This document shows, one piece after another, positions 12,641 to 26,439 of a stretch of DNA of 64,000 nucleotides. Within the stretch, counting starts at the first letter, position 1. Each line of letters starts with the position of its first letter. The position numbers were made by a program, and so were the translations under genes. The DNA comes from Prorocentrum cordatum. Taxonomy: Eukaryota. The notes under the pieces were generated by a model that was not told where the DNA came from, made no database searches, and was given only the letters and a program-made list of their open reading frames with translations. The DNA lies in NCBI GenBank assembly GCA_963575745.1, contig CAUYUJ010000314.1, forward strand, positions 62,001 through 126,000, read 5' to 3'.

Positions 12641-14230
12641 CCACCCCCACTCAGAGCCCCACTTACGTTGACCTTCCTCTTGCCATTGTACTCTTCCCAC
12701 GTCCCTCCCAACGCGGCTGCTTGATTTGCGTGGCACCCAAACCTCCTAGCTATGTATCTATATATATATATATAGATATACACATACAACTTTGTTATAT
12801 TAAGTTTCAGGCTTGCACCACAGCCAGCCTCACTCTGACCTTGGGTAGGTGGGGATCGGGCTTCGGGGTTGGGGCTTGTGGGGGGGGGGGCAGAATTGCA
12901 GCACTGACCAGCATCGTCACCTTTCTCTTTGACCGCTCGAGAACAGCAACACATTTTTTGCCATCAGGGTAGCAGCCCAAGAATTGCTTACTAGACAAGC
13001 TCGGTCCACTCGTTTTTTAGAGGCTTGATTCTGACGTGCAGGGTAGCAGCTCACGAATTGCCTTATGGGCAGCACTGTCCACTTGCCTTGTGGACGCCTG
13101 ATGCACACGCACACTCTTTGCTTTCTCCAAGCTTGCCCACAGCTTGCCTCACTAGCAGCACCGGCCTGTATCGTCACCTCTCTCTTTGTCTGCTCGAGCA
13201 CAGCGGCACATTTTGCAAGCACCGTCCACGCATTTGTTTGGACGCATGCCGCTAACGTGCATCAGTTGCTACCTCCCAGGCTTGCATCACAGCCAGCAGC
13301 ACCCTGACCCTGGGGACGGGGGGAGTGGGCATGGTGTGGGCTTGTGGCGGTGGCGGCGGACTGCAGCACCGATCAGCATGGTTACCTCCCTCTTTCGCCG
13401 CCCGGGTTCAGCAACACATTTTTTCGACCTTCGGGGTAGCAACCCGATAATTGCTTTCTAGGCAAACACCGCCCGCTAGCTTTTTGAATGCCTGACGCCA
13501 GCGTGCATCCTTTCATGCTTGCATCACAGCCAGCCTCACTCTGATCTTGGGGACGGCGGGTGGGGTTGCAGTTTTTGGTGGGGGTGCGGAGGGGCTGTGG
13601 AGGCGTTGCACAATTGTACGCCTAGCTGGCACATTGGTGTGGTAGGGAAACAAAACCACAATGGTGGCAACAATGACGGGGGTACCCCCCAGGATCTGAG
13701 ACGGCGAAGGGGCCTCCCTCGAGGAGCCGAAAAGAACCCGGGTAGCAGCCACAATAAGTGTTAGAATGCCTCAGCCAGCCTACCCAGGCCAGCCTTAATT
13801 GTGCCTAGCTCATGACTTATCTCATGCCACACCTCCTCACCCCTCTCTTTGACGGCTCCAGCGCAGCAGCACATTTTTTTCTACCTTTAGGGTAGCAGCC
13901 CACATATTGTACACTAGGCAGGCACCGCTCACTTGCTCTTTAGTCGCCTGACTCTATCGTGATGGAGGCTTGGGGTCGGGGTTACGTGGTGGTGGTGGGG
14001 GAGGAGGTGGAGGACTGCAGCACCGACCAGCTTCGGTCACTTTTTTGCCTGCTCCAGCACAGCAGCACATTTTTAAACTTTACGGGCAGCAGCGCAAGGA
14101 TTGCACATCATACTAGGCAGGCACCTGCTCACGTGCAGGTTCTGTGTGCCTGACGTTAACGTGATCACTTCATGCGCAGCATACTGTCAGCATGACGTAC
14201 AGGTCAGCCAACACTGTGCCAGCCTCATTA
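12640..14230. repeat. Degenerate tandem repeat of ~200-250 bp
   Basis: Recurring CTTGCATCACAGCCAGCCTCACTCTGACC and GCACATTTT...GGGTAGCAGCCCA. Confidence 0.8.
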
Positions 14231-14652
14231 CGGTTCGAATCCTGCGCACCGCAGATATGGTATACGACGAGGGTGGGGGTCGCCGGTATTGGCTAGTAGT
14301 GTGGGGGCCTTAGCGGGAAAGCTGTACCAGGTTTGGGTCAACCTTGACCCATGGACAGCAACCCTCGAATTGCATATTCTCTATTGCACCCTAACTTGTC
14401 GATGCGACACTCACCAGTAATCGAAAGGTTTAGACTTCCTGTGAGGAGGAGGTGTTCATCCACTAAGGTGTGTGTCGTCCTCTACCTGGCGGGCGCGTAT
14501 TCTCATGTCTATACTTTTCCTGGTCCTTCATTCCATCATTTTTCGCGGCGCCCGACAGGTACCGTGCCTCAAGTCGGTTTTACGTTTTTCCAGCACCTGC
14601 AATAACGCGATCGGCTTGTTCCTCACGTCAGTCTAACGCCAAAAGGAAGAAC

Positions 14653-14701
14653 ATGATGATGCTGATAATGCTGCTGCTGATGATGATGATGATGACGACG
14701 G

Positions 14702-14741
<40 letters not shown>

Positions 14742-15023
14742 AATGATGATGACGATGATGATGATGCTGCTGATGATGATGAGGCTGATGATGATGATAA
14801 TGATCATGATGATGATGCTGATGATGATGATGCTGATGATGATGATGATGATGATGATGCTGATGCTGATGATGAGGATGATGAAAATGATGAGGATGAT
14901 GAAAATGTTGATGATGCTGATTATGATGATGATGATGATACTGATGATGCTGCTGACAATGATGATGGTAATGATGATGACGATGATGGCGATGATGCTG
15001 CTGCTGATGATGATGATGATGAC

Positions 15024-15072
<49 letters not shown>

Positions 15073-15187
15073 CTGCGGCTGCTGATGATGATGATGACGA
15101 TGATGATGCTGATGATGATGATGCTGCTGATGATGATGATGACGATGATGATGAGGATGATGATGATGATAATGATGATGTTGATGT

Positions 15188-15223
<36 letters not shown>

Positions 15224-15272
15224 CGATGTTGATGCTGCTGATGATGATGATGATGATGATGATGATGAGGAC

Positions 15273-15306
<34 letters not shown>

Positions 15307-17370
15307 ATGATGATGATGATGANNNNNNNNNNNNNNNNNNNNNNNNNNNNNNNNNNNNNNNNNNNNNNNNNNNNNNNNNNNNNNNNNNNNNNNNNNNNNN
15401 NNNNNNNNNNNNNNNNNNNNNNGAGGAGGAGGAGGAGGAGGAGGATAATGTGGAGGAGGAGGAGGAGGAGGAGGAGGATACGGAGGAGGATTTTGAAAAG
15501 GAGGAGGAGGAGGAGAAGGAAGAGTGCAGGGAGGAGCAAGGCCACGTTCTTGTGACCGGGTCGGTTTCGCCTTCAGCACGTGCCTATCCAGTTCCGCTCC
15601 GCCGATGGCACGCAGCCTGCGTCGGCCCTCTTTGCGCCGCCCGTGCCGCATCGAAGGGCTCTGGCGGACAGGCTCACGTTGGCGCTATCGCACCTGCTGA
15701 GGATCAGCGACGCAGGGGGCTTTGCCGTCATCGACAGAGAGGAGGAGGACGAGGACGAGGAGGAAGAGGAGGAGGACGAGGACGAGGAGGAGAAGGAGGA
15801 GGAGGAGGAGGAAGAGGAGGAGACGGAGGAGGAGGAGGAGGAGGAGGAGGAGGAGTGGAGGAGAGGAGGAGGACAGGATGAAGGCGGCGAGGGGCGTTGT
15901 ATGATCATGAGATGATGATTATATGCTGATTGATGATGATGACTGATGAATGATGATGATGCTGATGCTGCTGCTGCTGATGAATGATGATGATGAATTA
16001 TGATACCCGATATGATGATGAGATGATGATGATGAGGATGAGGTAATGATGATGATGATGATGAGGAGGAGGAGAGACGGAGGAGGTGAATGATGATGAT
16101 ATGATGATGATAATGATGCTGAGGAGGAGGAGGAGGAGGAGCAGATGCGGAGGCGGGCTGAGGTAGGACAGAGAATATGAGGAGTAGATGAGGAGGAGGA
16201 GGAGGAGGAGGAGAGCGCGGAGGAGGAGAGCGAGGCGACAGAGAGGACTTAGCCTTGATCGACAGAGAGGGGCCCATGCTCTGGATCGATTGTAAGCGTC
16301 GGCTGTCGCCACTTCACCCACCCCGCGGGTGCGGGAGGCCCCCTCCTCCCTCTCCTCCTCCTCCTCCTCCTCCTCCTCCTCTCCTCCTCCTCCTCCTCCT
16401 CCTCCTCTCCTACTCCCTCCCCCCCCCTCCTCCTCCTCCTCCTCCTCCTCCTCCTCCTCCTCGTCCTCTTGCCTCTTGCTTAACTGTCTCCAAGTTCCTC
16501 AGACAGGTGGCGCTATTGAGCTAAATTATAGCTCTGGGAAGATTACTGCACGTGGGGGGCCAACGTCGTCTGGTTGGGGCCACTGCTTATAATCTTTGGA
16601 GAGTTCCCCTCGTTCGAGGGCCTCAATCATGCTCTTGACGTGTGTAGACAAGGCACATTTCGTCAAGCACGGCCGGCTCAACTTCTGAAAAGAAACTGAC
16701 CCCGCCCCTCCACAAGACCTGCACCAATAAACACCCCTGAAGTGCATTAGCTGGTGGGATCTATGGAGCTGGGCTGGGACCCCCCTGCACTGCTGGCTCA
16801 ACCAAACGGATCGAGGGCAGTCAGAGGAGGGTGAAGAGAGGCAGCGGGCACAACGAAGCCTCCCTCGAGCATCACGTAGGACTTCGTGAGAGGACGACTC
16901 GACAGCAGCCTGAATCGAATCCCTCCTCCTCCTCCTCCTCCACCTCCTCCTCCTCCTTTCTCCTCCTCTTCCTCCTCCTCCTCCTCCTCCTCCTCCTCCT
17001 CCTCCTCCTCCTCCTCCTCCTCCTCCTCCCCCTCCTCCTGCTCCTCTCCTCCTCCTCTCGTCCTCCTTCTCCTCCTCCTCCTCCTCCTCCTCGTCCTCCT
17101 CCTCCTCCTCCTCCCCTCCCCCTCCTCATCCTCCTCCTCTCCCTCCTCATCCTCCCCCCTCCTCATCCTCCTCCTGCTCCTCCTCCTCCTCCTCCTGCTC
17201 CTCCTCCTCCTCCTCCTTCTCTCCTCCTCCTCCTCCTCCTCCTTCTCCTCCTCCCCGTCCTCCTCATCCTCCTCGTCCTCTTTCTCCTCCTTCCCCCCCT
17301 TCCCTCCCTCCTTCTCTCCTCCCTCCATCCCTCCCCCCCCCTCCCTCCTTCCCTCCCTCCCTCCCCCCCC
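14653..17370. repeat. Compound (GAT)n/(GGA)n/(CCT)n microsatellite field with unique islands; N gap 15323-15422
   Basis: Direct reading of the sequence. Confidence 0.95.
16480..16900 (-). mobile_element. 5'-truncated LINE 3' end (ORF2 C-terminal Zn-finger-like motif) between CCT tracts
   Basis: ORF 16526-16801 reads LHRSHQLMHFRGVYWCRSCG...LSRPC, followed on the minus strand by a short UTR and (GGA)n. Confidence 0.6.
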
Positions 17371-17429
17371 ATCCCGGACTTCGGCCGCACCCTCTCGGGA
17401 GGGGGGCCGGAAACTTTCCCTTCTCCCGT

Positions 17430-17770
17430 GCCTCGGCTGCGGGACTCTGGAGCCAGCGGAGGCCAAGTCCACGCAGAGACCGAGCACTCCGCATGAGGTT
17501 ACACCGTGTGGACTCAGCGTTCTTTCAGGATGAGCTATTAAGCCCAGACGGAGCAAGTCCATGCGGAGTGCTCGGTCTCCCTGTGGACCTGTTCCGTCTG
17601 GGCTCAAGAGCCTCTCCTGGGAGGAGGCCGAGTCCGTACGGAGCAAGTCCATGCGGAGTGCTCGGCTTCCGTGTGGACTTGCTCCGTCAGGAGTTGGCTC
17701 CTCCTGAGAGGAGGAGGCTGGGTCCATGCGGACGTAGTCCGTCTGGACTCTTAGCCTCTCCCGATGGAGA
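17430..17770. repeat. Minisatellite with CGGAGCAAGTCCATGCGGAGTGCTCGG core
   Basis: Near-identical cores at 17549 and 17640, plus degenerate copies. Confidence 0.75.
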
Positions 17771-19569
17771 AGGCGAGTTGGGGGCCCCCGAAGCGGTGCG
17801 GTGATGTGTGATCCAGCGGGGGGATTCGGGGCGGCCGCGCGTCTTTGTGGCCTGGGTCGTCCTCCGAGGATGCCTCGGGCCACCCCTGAGGTCCGACGGC
17901 GCGAGCAAAAATCGAGACGTCGCAGACAACCACGACGAGAGCCCATCTTTCTGCGCCACTTTGCGAGCCGGATCCGTCTGTGAGGGCCCCGGGGCCCGAA
18001 GCTGGTGCAACAGCGCCCAGCTCGAGAGGATGCAAGCGCCGGGATCTCAGGGACCCGGGCCTCCGAGGCCCCCCCCGCCCGGAGACCGTGCGGCGAGGGA
18101 CCGTGCGGCCAGGCCCGCCCCAGGGCGCCGAGGGCCCCGCGCGGCCAGCACCGCACCGTCTCCCTGGGGGCCCCCGCGGGAGGGCCGAGGGGGAGCCTCC
18201 GCGGGGCGTGCCAGCTCGGGGGGCCCGCGAGGAGGCGGCTCGGGGTGGGCTGTCCGCCGCCCCGCCGCCTCGGCGGTGGGCCGCTGCTGCTGGGCGCCCT
18301 CGCGCGCGAGCGCGGCCGGCCGGGGGCGCTCGTGCCAGAGCCGCCGGGGCTGAAGGTCGCCCTGCGCGTGGAGGATCAAGCAGGGGCGAAGCGTCCCGAC
18401 TGGCCTGCAGTCCCAATCGGAGGATGTTTCGAGAACCTTTCTTCTTTGCAGCTTGCGCGAGATGCTCTCAGAGCACATCCGGCTGATAGCGTCGCATTAT
18501 AATTTGTCGGGCGTAGGTGATGATGAGGTTGCTCGTGCTACTAGAATACTCCTTCGTTCTAAGAGATCTTCTGGGTAGGACTGCAGGAATGCTGGGACGG
18601 TCGGTCACTGCTCGAGAGGAGGGGCCGCTCTTGGCGAGCTCGCTGCAGCTCTGCGTGTACCGCTGCAGCGTGCGCCTGGGAGTTCTGCGGCCAGCGGCTG
18701 GTGCGGTGGGGCCGAGGTGAAGTCCGAGAAGGCAGACGCGCACAGGTTACGAGCATGCGAGCACATCGCCACACGGACGAGCAGACATGCACACAGACAC
18801 GCAGACACAGGATGTGCACATCATCGCAGAAGCAGAGCTTCCTCCAAGCAGAGTGTACGTGTCAGACCCGCGCGCGGCGGGCGAGCTTGCCAGCTGTCGG
18901 GAGTTCTCACCCACACGGGCCAGAATCCAGAACATGGGGTAGCCGCATTGATTAGAGAAGTAGCGGCAGTGGTCAGCCCAGCATCGACACGCGAGCAGCA
19001 GAACAGTGAAGAGCGCGCCAAACGTACAAACAAGCAGTCACACCAGCACACAACCACACTCTTCCAGAGGAAAGCGCACATGTCAAACCCGAGCGTCGAA
19101 GTATGTCGCTGGCGACGGCGGTGGCCCTTCATCCTAGCGCAGGCCCGCGGGAGTGCGGAGACAGAGTGGATGCTGGGCGAAAAGCCAAACAGGCGCCGTA
19201 GCCGCAGACAGGGGCACGAAGAGCGCGCACGGACGCGCGCAAGCGCACCCGCAAGCTTGGTTTACCATTGAGGGCACGCACATCTACCCGCGGCTGCCAG
19301 GAGTCTGCGACAACAGTCCAGGAGCAAGACGGCCGTGCGCGAACATCAATGGTCTTACTCTGAGACCTGGTCAGCACCAAACTTCACCGTGCTGTCAATG
19401 ATGAACAATCGATATGTGCAACGATGACGCAGGTGGGGAGGGCTCAGGGCGTATTCGTAGTGGGGATGGATGGATGCATGGATGAATGGGTGGAGGGAGG
19501 AAGAGGGTGGGGAGAGGGAAGCAAGGAGTGAATGACGGGGAGGATGGAGGGAGCGGTCATAACACGTAA

Positions 19570-19604
19570 TGAGGGAGGAGGACCTAAAGGAGGAGAATGA
19601 GGCA

Positions 19605-19659
<55 letters not shown>

Positions 19660-20505
19660 ATGATGATGATGCTGATGATGCTGATGATGATGTTGATGAT
19701 GGTGATGATGCTGCTGCTGATGATGATACTGGTGCTGATGATGATGCTGCTGATAATGATGATGAGGATGGGATAGGGCTGAGGATGAGGGTGATGATGA
19801 GGATCATGATGATGCTGGTGATGATGGTGATGATGATGAGTGTGGTGGTGGTGGTGATGGTGATGGTGATGGTAATGGTGATTGTGATGGTGAGGATGAT
19901 GATGCTGATGCTTATGATGACGCTGGTGATGATGGTGATGATGATACTGATGGTAATTATGCTTGTCATGATAGTGTTTATGAACAGGCTGAGGAGGAGA
20001 AGGAGGACGAGGACATCCGCTGGATTTTCATGCCCCGGGTAACAAGGAGTCGGATACTGTTGATGACGACGGTGTTGTTGTTGGTGATGATGCTGATGAT
20101 AACGATGATGATGATGATGACGACGATGATGAGGATGCTGCTGATGATGATGACAATTGTGATGATGGTGCTGAGGATGAGGACATCCGCTGGAGTTTCA
20201 TACCACCAGTAACCAGGAGGAGGAGGAGGAGGAGGAGGATAAAGTTGTTGACGATGGTGATGCTACTGCTGCTGATGATGATGATTGTGATGATGCTGAT
20301 GATGATGATGATGATGGTGCTGGTGGTGACGCTTGGTGGTGAGGATGCTTCTGCTGATGACGATGATGATGATGATGCTGATAATGATGACGATGATGAT
20401 GATGATGATGATGATTCTTATGCTGATGCCGGTGATGATGCTTGGTGGTGAGGATGCTGATGATGACGATGATGAGGATGATGATGCTGATACTGATGCT
20501 GCTGC

Positions 20506-20541
<36 letters not shown>

Positions 20542-20589
20542 GGATGATGATGACGATGACGATGATGATGATGATGCTGATGCTGATGC

Positions 20590-20630
<41 letters not shown>

Positions 20631-21564
20631 GTGCTGGTGCTGCTGCTGGTGCTGATGCTGATGCTGATGATGATGCTGATGATGCTGATGATGATAATGA
20701 TGCTGGTGTAGATTGTGATGATGGTGTTGATGCTGGTGATGATGTTGACTAGTGCTAGTGATGATTGATGATAATGGCGCTGCTGATCATGTTGATGACG
20801 AGGGAGGAGGGAAGCAAGGAGGGAGGGAGGGATGGAGGGAGAGAGAGAGGGAGGGAGGAAGGGGGGGGGGGGGGAGAAGGAGGAGGAGGAAGACGTCCGC
20901 TGGATTTTCATTCCACTGGTAACCAGGAGGAGGAGGAGGAGGAGGAGGAGGAGGAGGAGAATGTTCATGACGATGATGCTGATGATGGCGATGATGCTGA
21001 TGATGCTGATGATGATGGTGATGCTGCTGCTGCAGCAGATGATAATGATACTGCTGCTGCTGATGATGATGATGATGTTGACGACAACGATGACGATACT
21101 GTTGATGATGACACTGATCAGGATGATGATGATGCTGATGGTGGTGGTGTTCGTGATGATGATGAGGAGGATGATGAGGATAATGATGCTGTTGCTGATG
21201 ATGATGAGGAGGATGATGAGGATAATGATGCTGTTGCTGATGGTGATGACGATGATGATGATGATGACTATGATGAGGATGATGATCATGCTGCTGATGA
21301 TGATGATGCTGATGATGATGATGATCATTATCATCATGATAATGGCGACGATGATGCTGATGCTGATGCTGCTGCTGCTGATGATGACGATGCTGCTGCT
21401 GATCATGATGATGAGGATCAGGATGATGAGGAGGATGAGGGTGAGGTGGCTGCTGCTGCTGATGACGATGATGATTATGATGATGATGATGAGGATGATG
21501 ATGATGATGTTGATGATGGTGATGATGCTGATGCTGCTGATGATGATGATGCTGATGATGATGC

Positions 21565-21602
<38 letters not shown>

Positions 21603-21603
21603 C

Positions 21604-21654
<51 letters not shown>

Positions 21655-22285
21655 GAGGAGGAGGAGGAGGAGGAGGAGGAGGAGGAGACGGTAATTGACT
21701 AGGACAATTCATCACATGACGAGTAGGAGGAGGAGGAGGAGGAGGAGGAGGAGGAGGAGGAGGAGGAGGAGGAGGGGGAGGAAGGAGGAGAAGGAGGAGG
21801 AGGAGGAGGAGGAGGAGGAGGGAGTGAGGAGGAGGAGGAGGAGGAGGAGGAGGAGGAGGAGGAGGAGGAAAGGAGGAGGAACGGGAGGAGGGGTGGGAGA
21901 GGAATGAGGAGGATGGTGAGGGTGAGGCGAAGGAATGGATGGATGGAGGGATGGAGGGGGGCTGGGAGGCGAGAGGAAAGCAATCAGAAGGGTTGAGGGA
22001 TGGAAGGGTAAGTAATCGAAGGTTGAGAAAGGGAGGCAAGGCTGCAGGGAGGGGGTGCTGGGAAGGGAGGGAGGTGTCGCGGAGGAGGAAGGCTGAGGGA
22101 GGGGATGGGGTGGTGGTGGACAGAAGGGAGGGCGGGAACTCTGAGGGAGGAGGGAAGGGGGTAGGGCGGATGGAAGCAGTGAGGGTGCAGCATGGAAAGA
22201 GGATGAAGAGGAGGCAGAAGAGGTGGACGAGGAGGAGGAGGAGGAGGAGGAGGAGGAGGAGGAGGAGGAGAAGGAGGAGGTGGAG
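19570..22285. repeat. (GAT)n/(GGA)n microsatellite field
   Basis: Direct reading of the sequence. Confidence 0.95.
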
Positions 22286-23337
22286 TGAGAGACTCTCCCT
22301 TCGCCGCGCAGGTTGACCCTACCGGAGTGGCCCGCTGGCTGCCAAAGGCATGGTTCGGCCGCATGGGGGCGGCGCTGGTGCGCCGCGAGGGCGACCAGGA
22401 CTCGTCAGCTCCTTTTCCTCTCTCCTCATCCTTGTCCTCCTCTTCTTCCTCCTCCTTCTCCTTCTCCTCCGAGCCCTCTTTGCTCGGAGATGATGCTTCT
22501 GGGGCGGCCAGCGCCGCCGTGCGCAATTCCACACCGCGCGTCCACATGGCGCCCCCCCTCTGTCGCAGCGCTGGTCCTGCTCGTGGTGCTCGCGATGGGG
22601 CTCCTGCATTGGAATCGTCAGAGTGCGTCTGCAGAAGGGCGGCTGTGGGATCATTTCTATAGTTTTGCCGCGTCGGCATGATCTGCTAGAATGCTACTGG
22701 TGAGCGCGATCGGGACTTGGAGACGTCTCGGACACATATGCCTATCCGTACTGCACTGCAGTCAGGGAGTTGCGCATGTACCATTCTACTTGGACGGCGA
22801 GTGCTCAGGCCTCACAGATGTGCTGTGCAACACGATGCTGTTAACAAGGTGCTCGTCGGCGCCCCGTCGTCGCCTCGTCGCCGCCCGTCACCTGGGCCGT
22901 GTATTCGGTCTGGCGGCTGTGTGGCCGCCATCGCCGCCTCGTCGCCGCCTCGTCGCCGCCCGTTGTCTGGGCCGGTGTGGCGGTCGTGCGGCAATGTTGT
23001 CGCCGTCGCCACCCCGTCGCCGCCCCGTCGCCGCCTCGTCGCCGCTCGTTGTCTGGACCGGTGTGGTGGTCTGGCGGCTATGTTGTCGCCGTCGCCGCCC
23101 CGTCGCCGCCCTAGATTCTATTTTCTGAATGACTATTAGGATCTACTCCCTCCCCTCCTCCGGAATTGACGCTCTCCTTTTCGTACTGCATTTTACATAT
23201 GATTCTGCCCCTTCGTCCATCCTAATCTGAAGTCTTACCATCCCAGGCTGGCTGGTATCGCCCCCCTCCATGCTCAGCAAAAATATACTATGCGCGCGCA
23301 CCCGTTTATCATATATTTCCCTGGCAACATAATGAGA

Positions 23338-24400
23338 CGAAGTGCGCACGCGCGCGTCGTCGCGCACGCATGCCGAAATCTTTCCAACACCTGTTTAGTT
23401 GGGTAAAGGTTACAAAACCGAGCGTTCCGAAAAAACATTATTTAGAACAAAACATGGTTTCGCATTTTTTTGTTTGTTTTCAAAAAATGGCTTGCGCTCG
23501 GGCTATTGCGGATTCTTCAGAAAGCCATAGTTTTTCTCAACATGTTCATAGTTTGCTACCAATCAGGTTTCTCGCGCGCGCATGTCGAAATCGCTCGAAC
23601 GCCCTTGCGCGCGTGCCGTCGCAAGAATCTGGTGCAAAAACTGGGACATACTGCACGCGCGCGCGTCGTCGTGCGCATGCCGAAATCTTTCAAACATCCC
23701 ACGTTTCGTAGCGATTTCCAAATCGAATGTTTCGAAAACATCTAGGAGCCCAGGGTTTTGCAACATCAGTTTTCGAAAATGCCTGCGCTCGCGCTTCTGC
23801 GAATTCTTCAGAAAGCCAGAAGTTGTTTCCAACATTGCCATCCTGTTCTGCCAAGCGGGCTCTTCGCGCCGCGCGTCGAACTCATTCGAACGCCCTTGCG
23901 CGCGTGCGGGGGGTGGGCACGATCCGTGTCAAGTAATACCATGCAGGCCACTCTCGCGCGTCGGCCGCGCGCGGATGTCGTACTCCCTCGACAGGAGCCT
24001 TCATCGCCGACGCGAGGACGCCGTCATCGTCGTCGGCGTGATTCGCATCGGCGCCGTCACTGGCTTTGCCGTCGTCGCTGTCATCATTGGCACCAGCATC
24101 GCTACTACCATCATCGTGGCAACCGTTGTCTACGTTGCCATGATACCGCTCCCGCCCAAATCGCGGACTCGTACTGAAGTACCCGTTGGGAAGTGCCCAG
24201 CGGCCAGCGCCACCACATCCGCGTCGGTCGCGTCAAACTACCTAGCTGCTTCGCGCGCGAGCATGCGCGGGCTAGCGCGGCCGCAGAGATACACCAGCCA
24301 ACGCCAATCATTCATCGCAATCGTCGCCGCTCGGGTTTTGCAAACCACGCTGCGGGTGGGTGGGTGGGGGGGTGGGATGGCTGCGCGAGCATTGGAGTCA
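23338..24400 (+). repeat. Dispersed repeat family A, copy 2
   Basis: Colinear with copies 1 and 3. A partial copy lies at 25116-25330. Confidence 0.85.
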
Positions 24401-24619
24401 AGCTCGGCAGGGTGCACTGCATTACGTAGGCTGCGCAACACAACTGCTCCTCTTGGAAAAAACATCGGGATGTACCTCCTCCAACAATGCACGGTTCCTT
24501 TGTTCTCGTATGGCCTCTTCCAGATGGTCCCGCCCCATCGTCCACCCCAAATATATGAGCTCGCAGCACCCCAGGCAAGCCGACCTCGACGACCCACCCC
24601 CATCACGTGCGAACGCACG

Positions 24620-25330
24620 TCATGCGCGGCCATTCGTCGAACGAACGAACGAACGCATCGCGAACGAACGAACGTTATGCGCGGCCATTCGTCGAACGAA
24701 CGAACGGCCATTCGTCGAACGAACGAACGTTATGCGCGGCCATTCGTTATCGCATCGAACGCCGTCGGTGGAATGGACGCGCGCGCGCGCGTGCATTCCA
24801 AGGGATCTTGGCCAGGAGCCCCGCGGCCAACAGTGGGAGCGAAGCTCGGCGCGCGCGCGCCGTCCGCGCGCGCGCGTGCCGGAGGCCCCTCCACCCTCGA
24901 AGCCGTGGGGGATGTCCCTCCCGAGTGCCCCGCGCAGCGTGCCGCAGCACACTGGTTCGCACACTGGAGGCTTGAGAACAGGTGTCGCTCGGACTCGAAG
25001 AAGAAGAAGAAGAAGAAGAAGAAGAAGAAAAAAAAGAAGAAGAAGAAGAAGAAGAAGAAGAAGAAGAAGAAGAAGAAGAGGAAGAGGAAGAAGAAGAAGA
25101 AGAAGAAGAAGAAGAATAGCCATCTTCTCATGTTGTCGAACTTCGCGCCGGACGGGCTTCTCGCGCGCGCATGTCGGGATCGCTCGAGCGCCGTTTGCTC
25201 TCGTGCTGTCGCAAGGAATTCCTTGCGACAGGCAAACGAAGTGCACGCGCGTGCGTCGTCGCGAGCGCATGGCAAAACCCTTCAAGCTTTACGTACCGTA
25301 GGGATTTCAAAACCGAGTGCCCCGAACACG

Positions 25331-25420
<90 letters not shown>
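24620..25420. repeat. GCGGCCATTCGTCGAACGAACGAAC repeats, (AAG)n 24998-25115, (CA)n/(TA)n 25331-25420
   Basis: Direct reading of the sequence. Confidence 0.9.
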
Positions 25421-25479
25421 CCTTCTACCTATCAAATTACAAGGAAAAGCCCGGCATGTCACCGACCCCCCCCCCACAT

Positions 25480-26080
25480 GGACCCCACATGAACCCCACA
25501 GGCCCCCAAGAGAGCCCCACAATGCTTCGAGGCGGCCCAAAATACCCCGAAGAGAGCGACACGAGGCCTACATCGGGAGCCCAAGACAGCAGAAGGCACG
25601 TCGGAGACGTCCTCTGCAAGGCCCAAGAGGCCCCAAGACGGCCCCAGAGTGCTCCAACAGGACCAAACATGGGCTCAAGACGGCCCAGGATGCCCCCGCA
25701 AAGACTTCCAATACGGCCTCAGCAGGCCAAAAACCTTCATTTTCCATTGGTTTTTGAACGACTCTGTGCTTCTCGCCTTTTCTGGCCACGAGCGGCCCAA
25801 GAATGGTCTGCGAGCTTCCGAGGTCGCCCTGAGATGGCCTCCAGGCGGCCCAATGGGGCCCCAAGATGGGCCAATAAAACGCCAAGAAAGTCAGGGAGCG
25901 CCCAAGAAGACCCCTAAAAGACCTCCAAGGGGGCCCCAACAGAGCCACGGGATGCTTCAGAGAGGGCCCGAGAGAGCCCCAACACGGCTCCAGGACGGCC
26001 CAAGCCCCCCCAGACAGCCCACGAGGGCCCCAGGACAGACCAAGAAGGCCTTCCGATGGTATACAAAAGCACCAACAGGA
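25480..26080 (+). repeat. GGCCCAAGA-type degenerate repeat family C (opposite-strand copies at 29210-29930 and 40960-41530)
   Basis: GGCCCAAGA/TCTTGGGCC words throughout all three blocks. Confidence 0.75.
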
Positions 26081-26439
26081 ACTCCACTCAGTCTTAGAGC
26101 TGTCAAATTCATTACACTCTGATTGACCTGAGCCGTCGTCCTTGGCTCGGCTGGCCCGCGCCCCGAATGGGCCCGCGTGGCAAAGAAGGAAAAGGAGCAG
26201 GAGGCAGGACGGAGGAGAAAAAGGAGGAAGAGGAAGGAACGGTGAGGATTGCGAGAAACAGGAGGGGCCCCAGGAAGACGGAAGGAGGGCACGGAGGAGC
26301 AGGAGGAGGGGAGGGCAAACGGCGGAAACAGAAGACAGCTTTCACCGGGCCCCGTGCTCTCGCCGAGGCGCCGGCCACATCTCTCATTCAACATCGTGTT
26401 GCCGCTTCGCTCGCGGGACTCCCAGCCTTTACCAGGTCA

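Noticed and set aside
14470..22316. Long poly-Met/His/Ile/Asp/Glu/Pro ORFs (also at 34-40 kb)
   Set aside because: They are translations of triplet microsatellites.
23582..25492. 636-aa ORF
   Set aside because: It runs through repeat family A, CGAA repeats and (AAG)n, and has no protein-like content.
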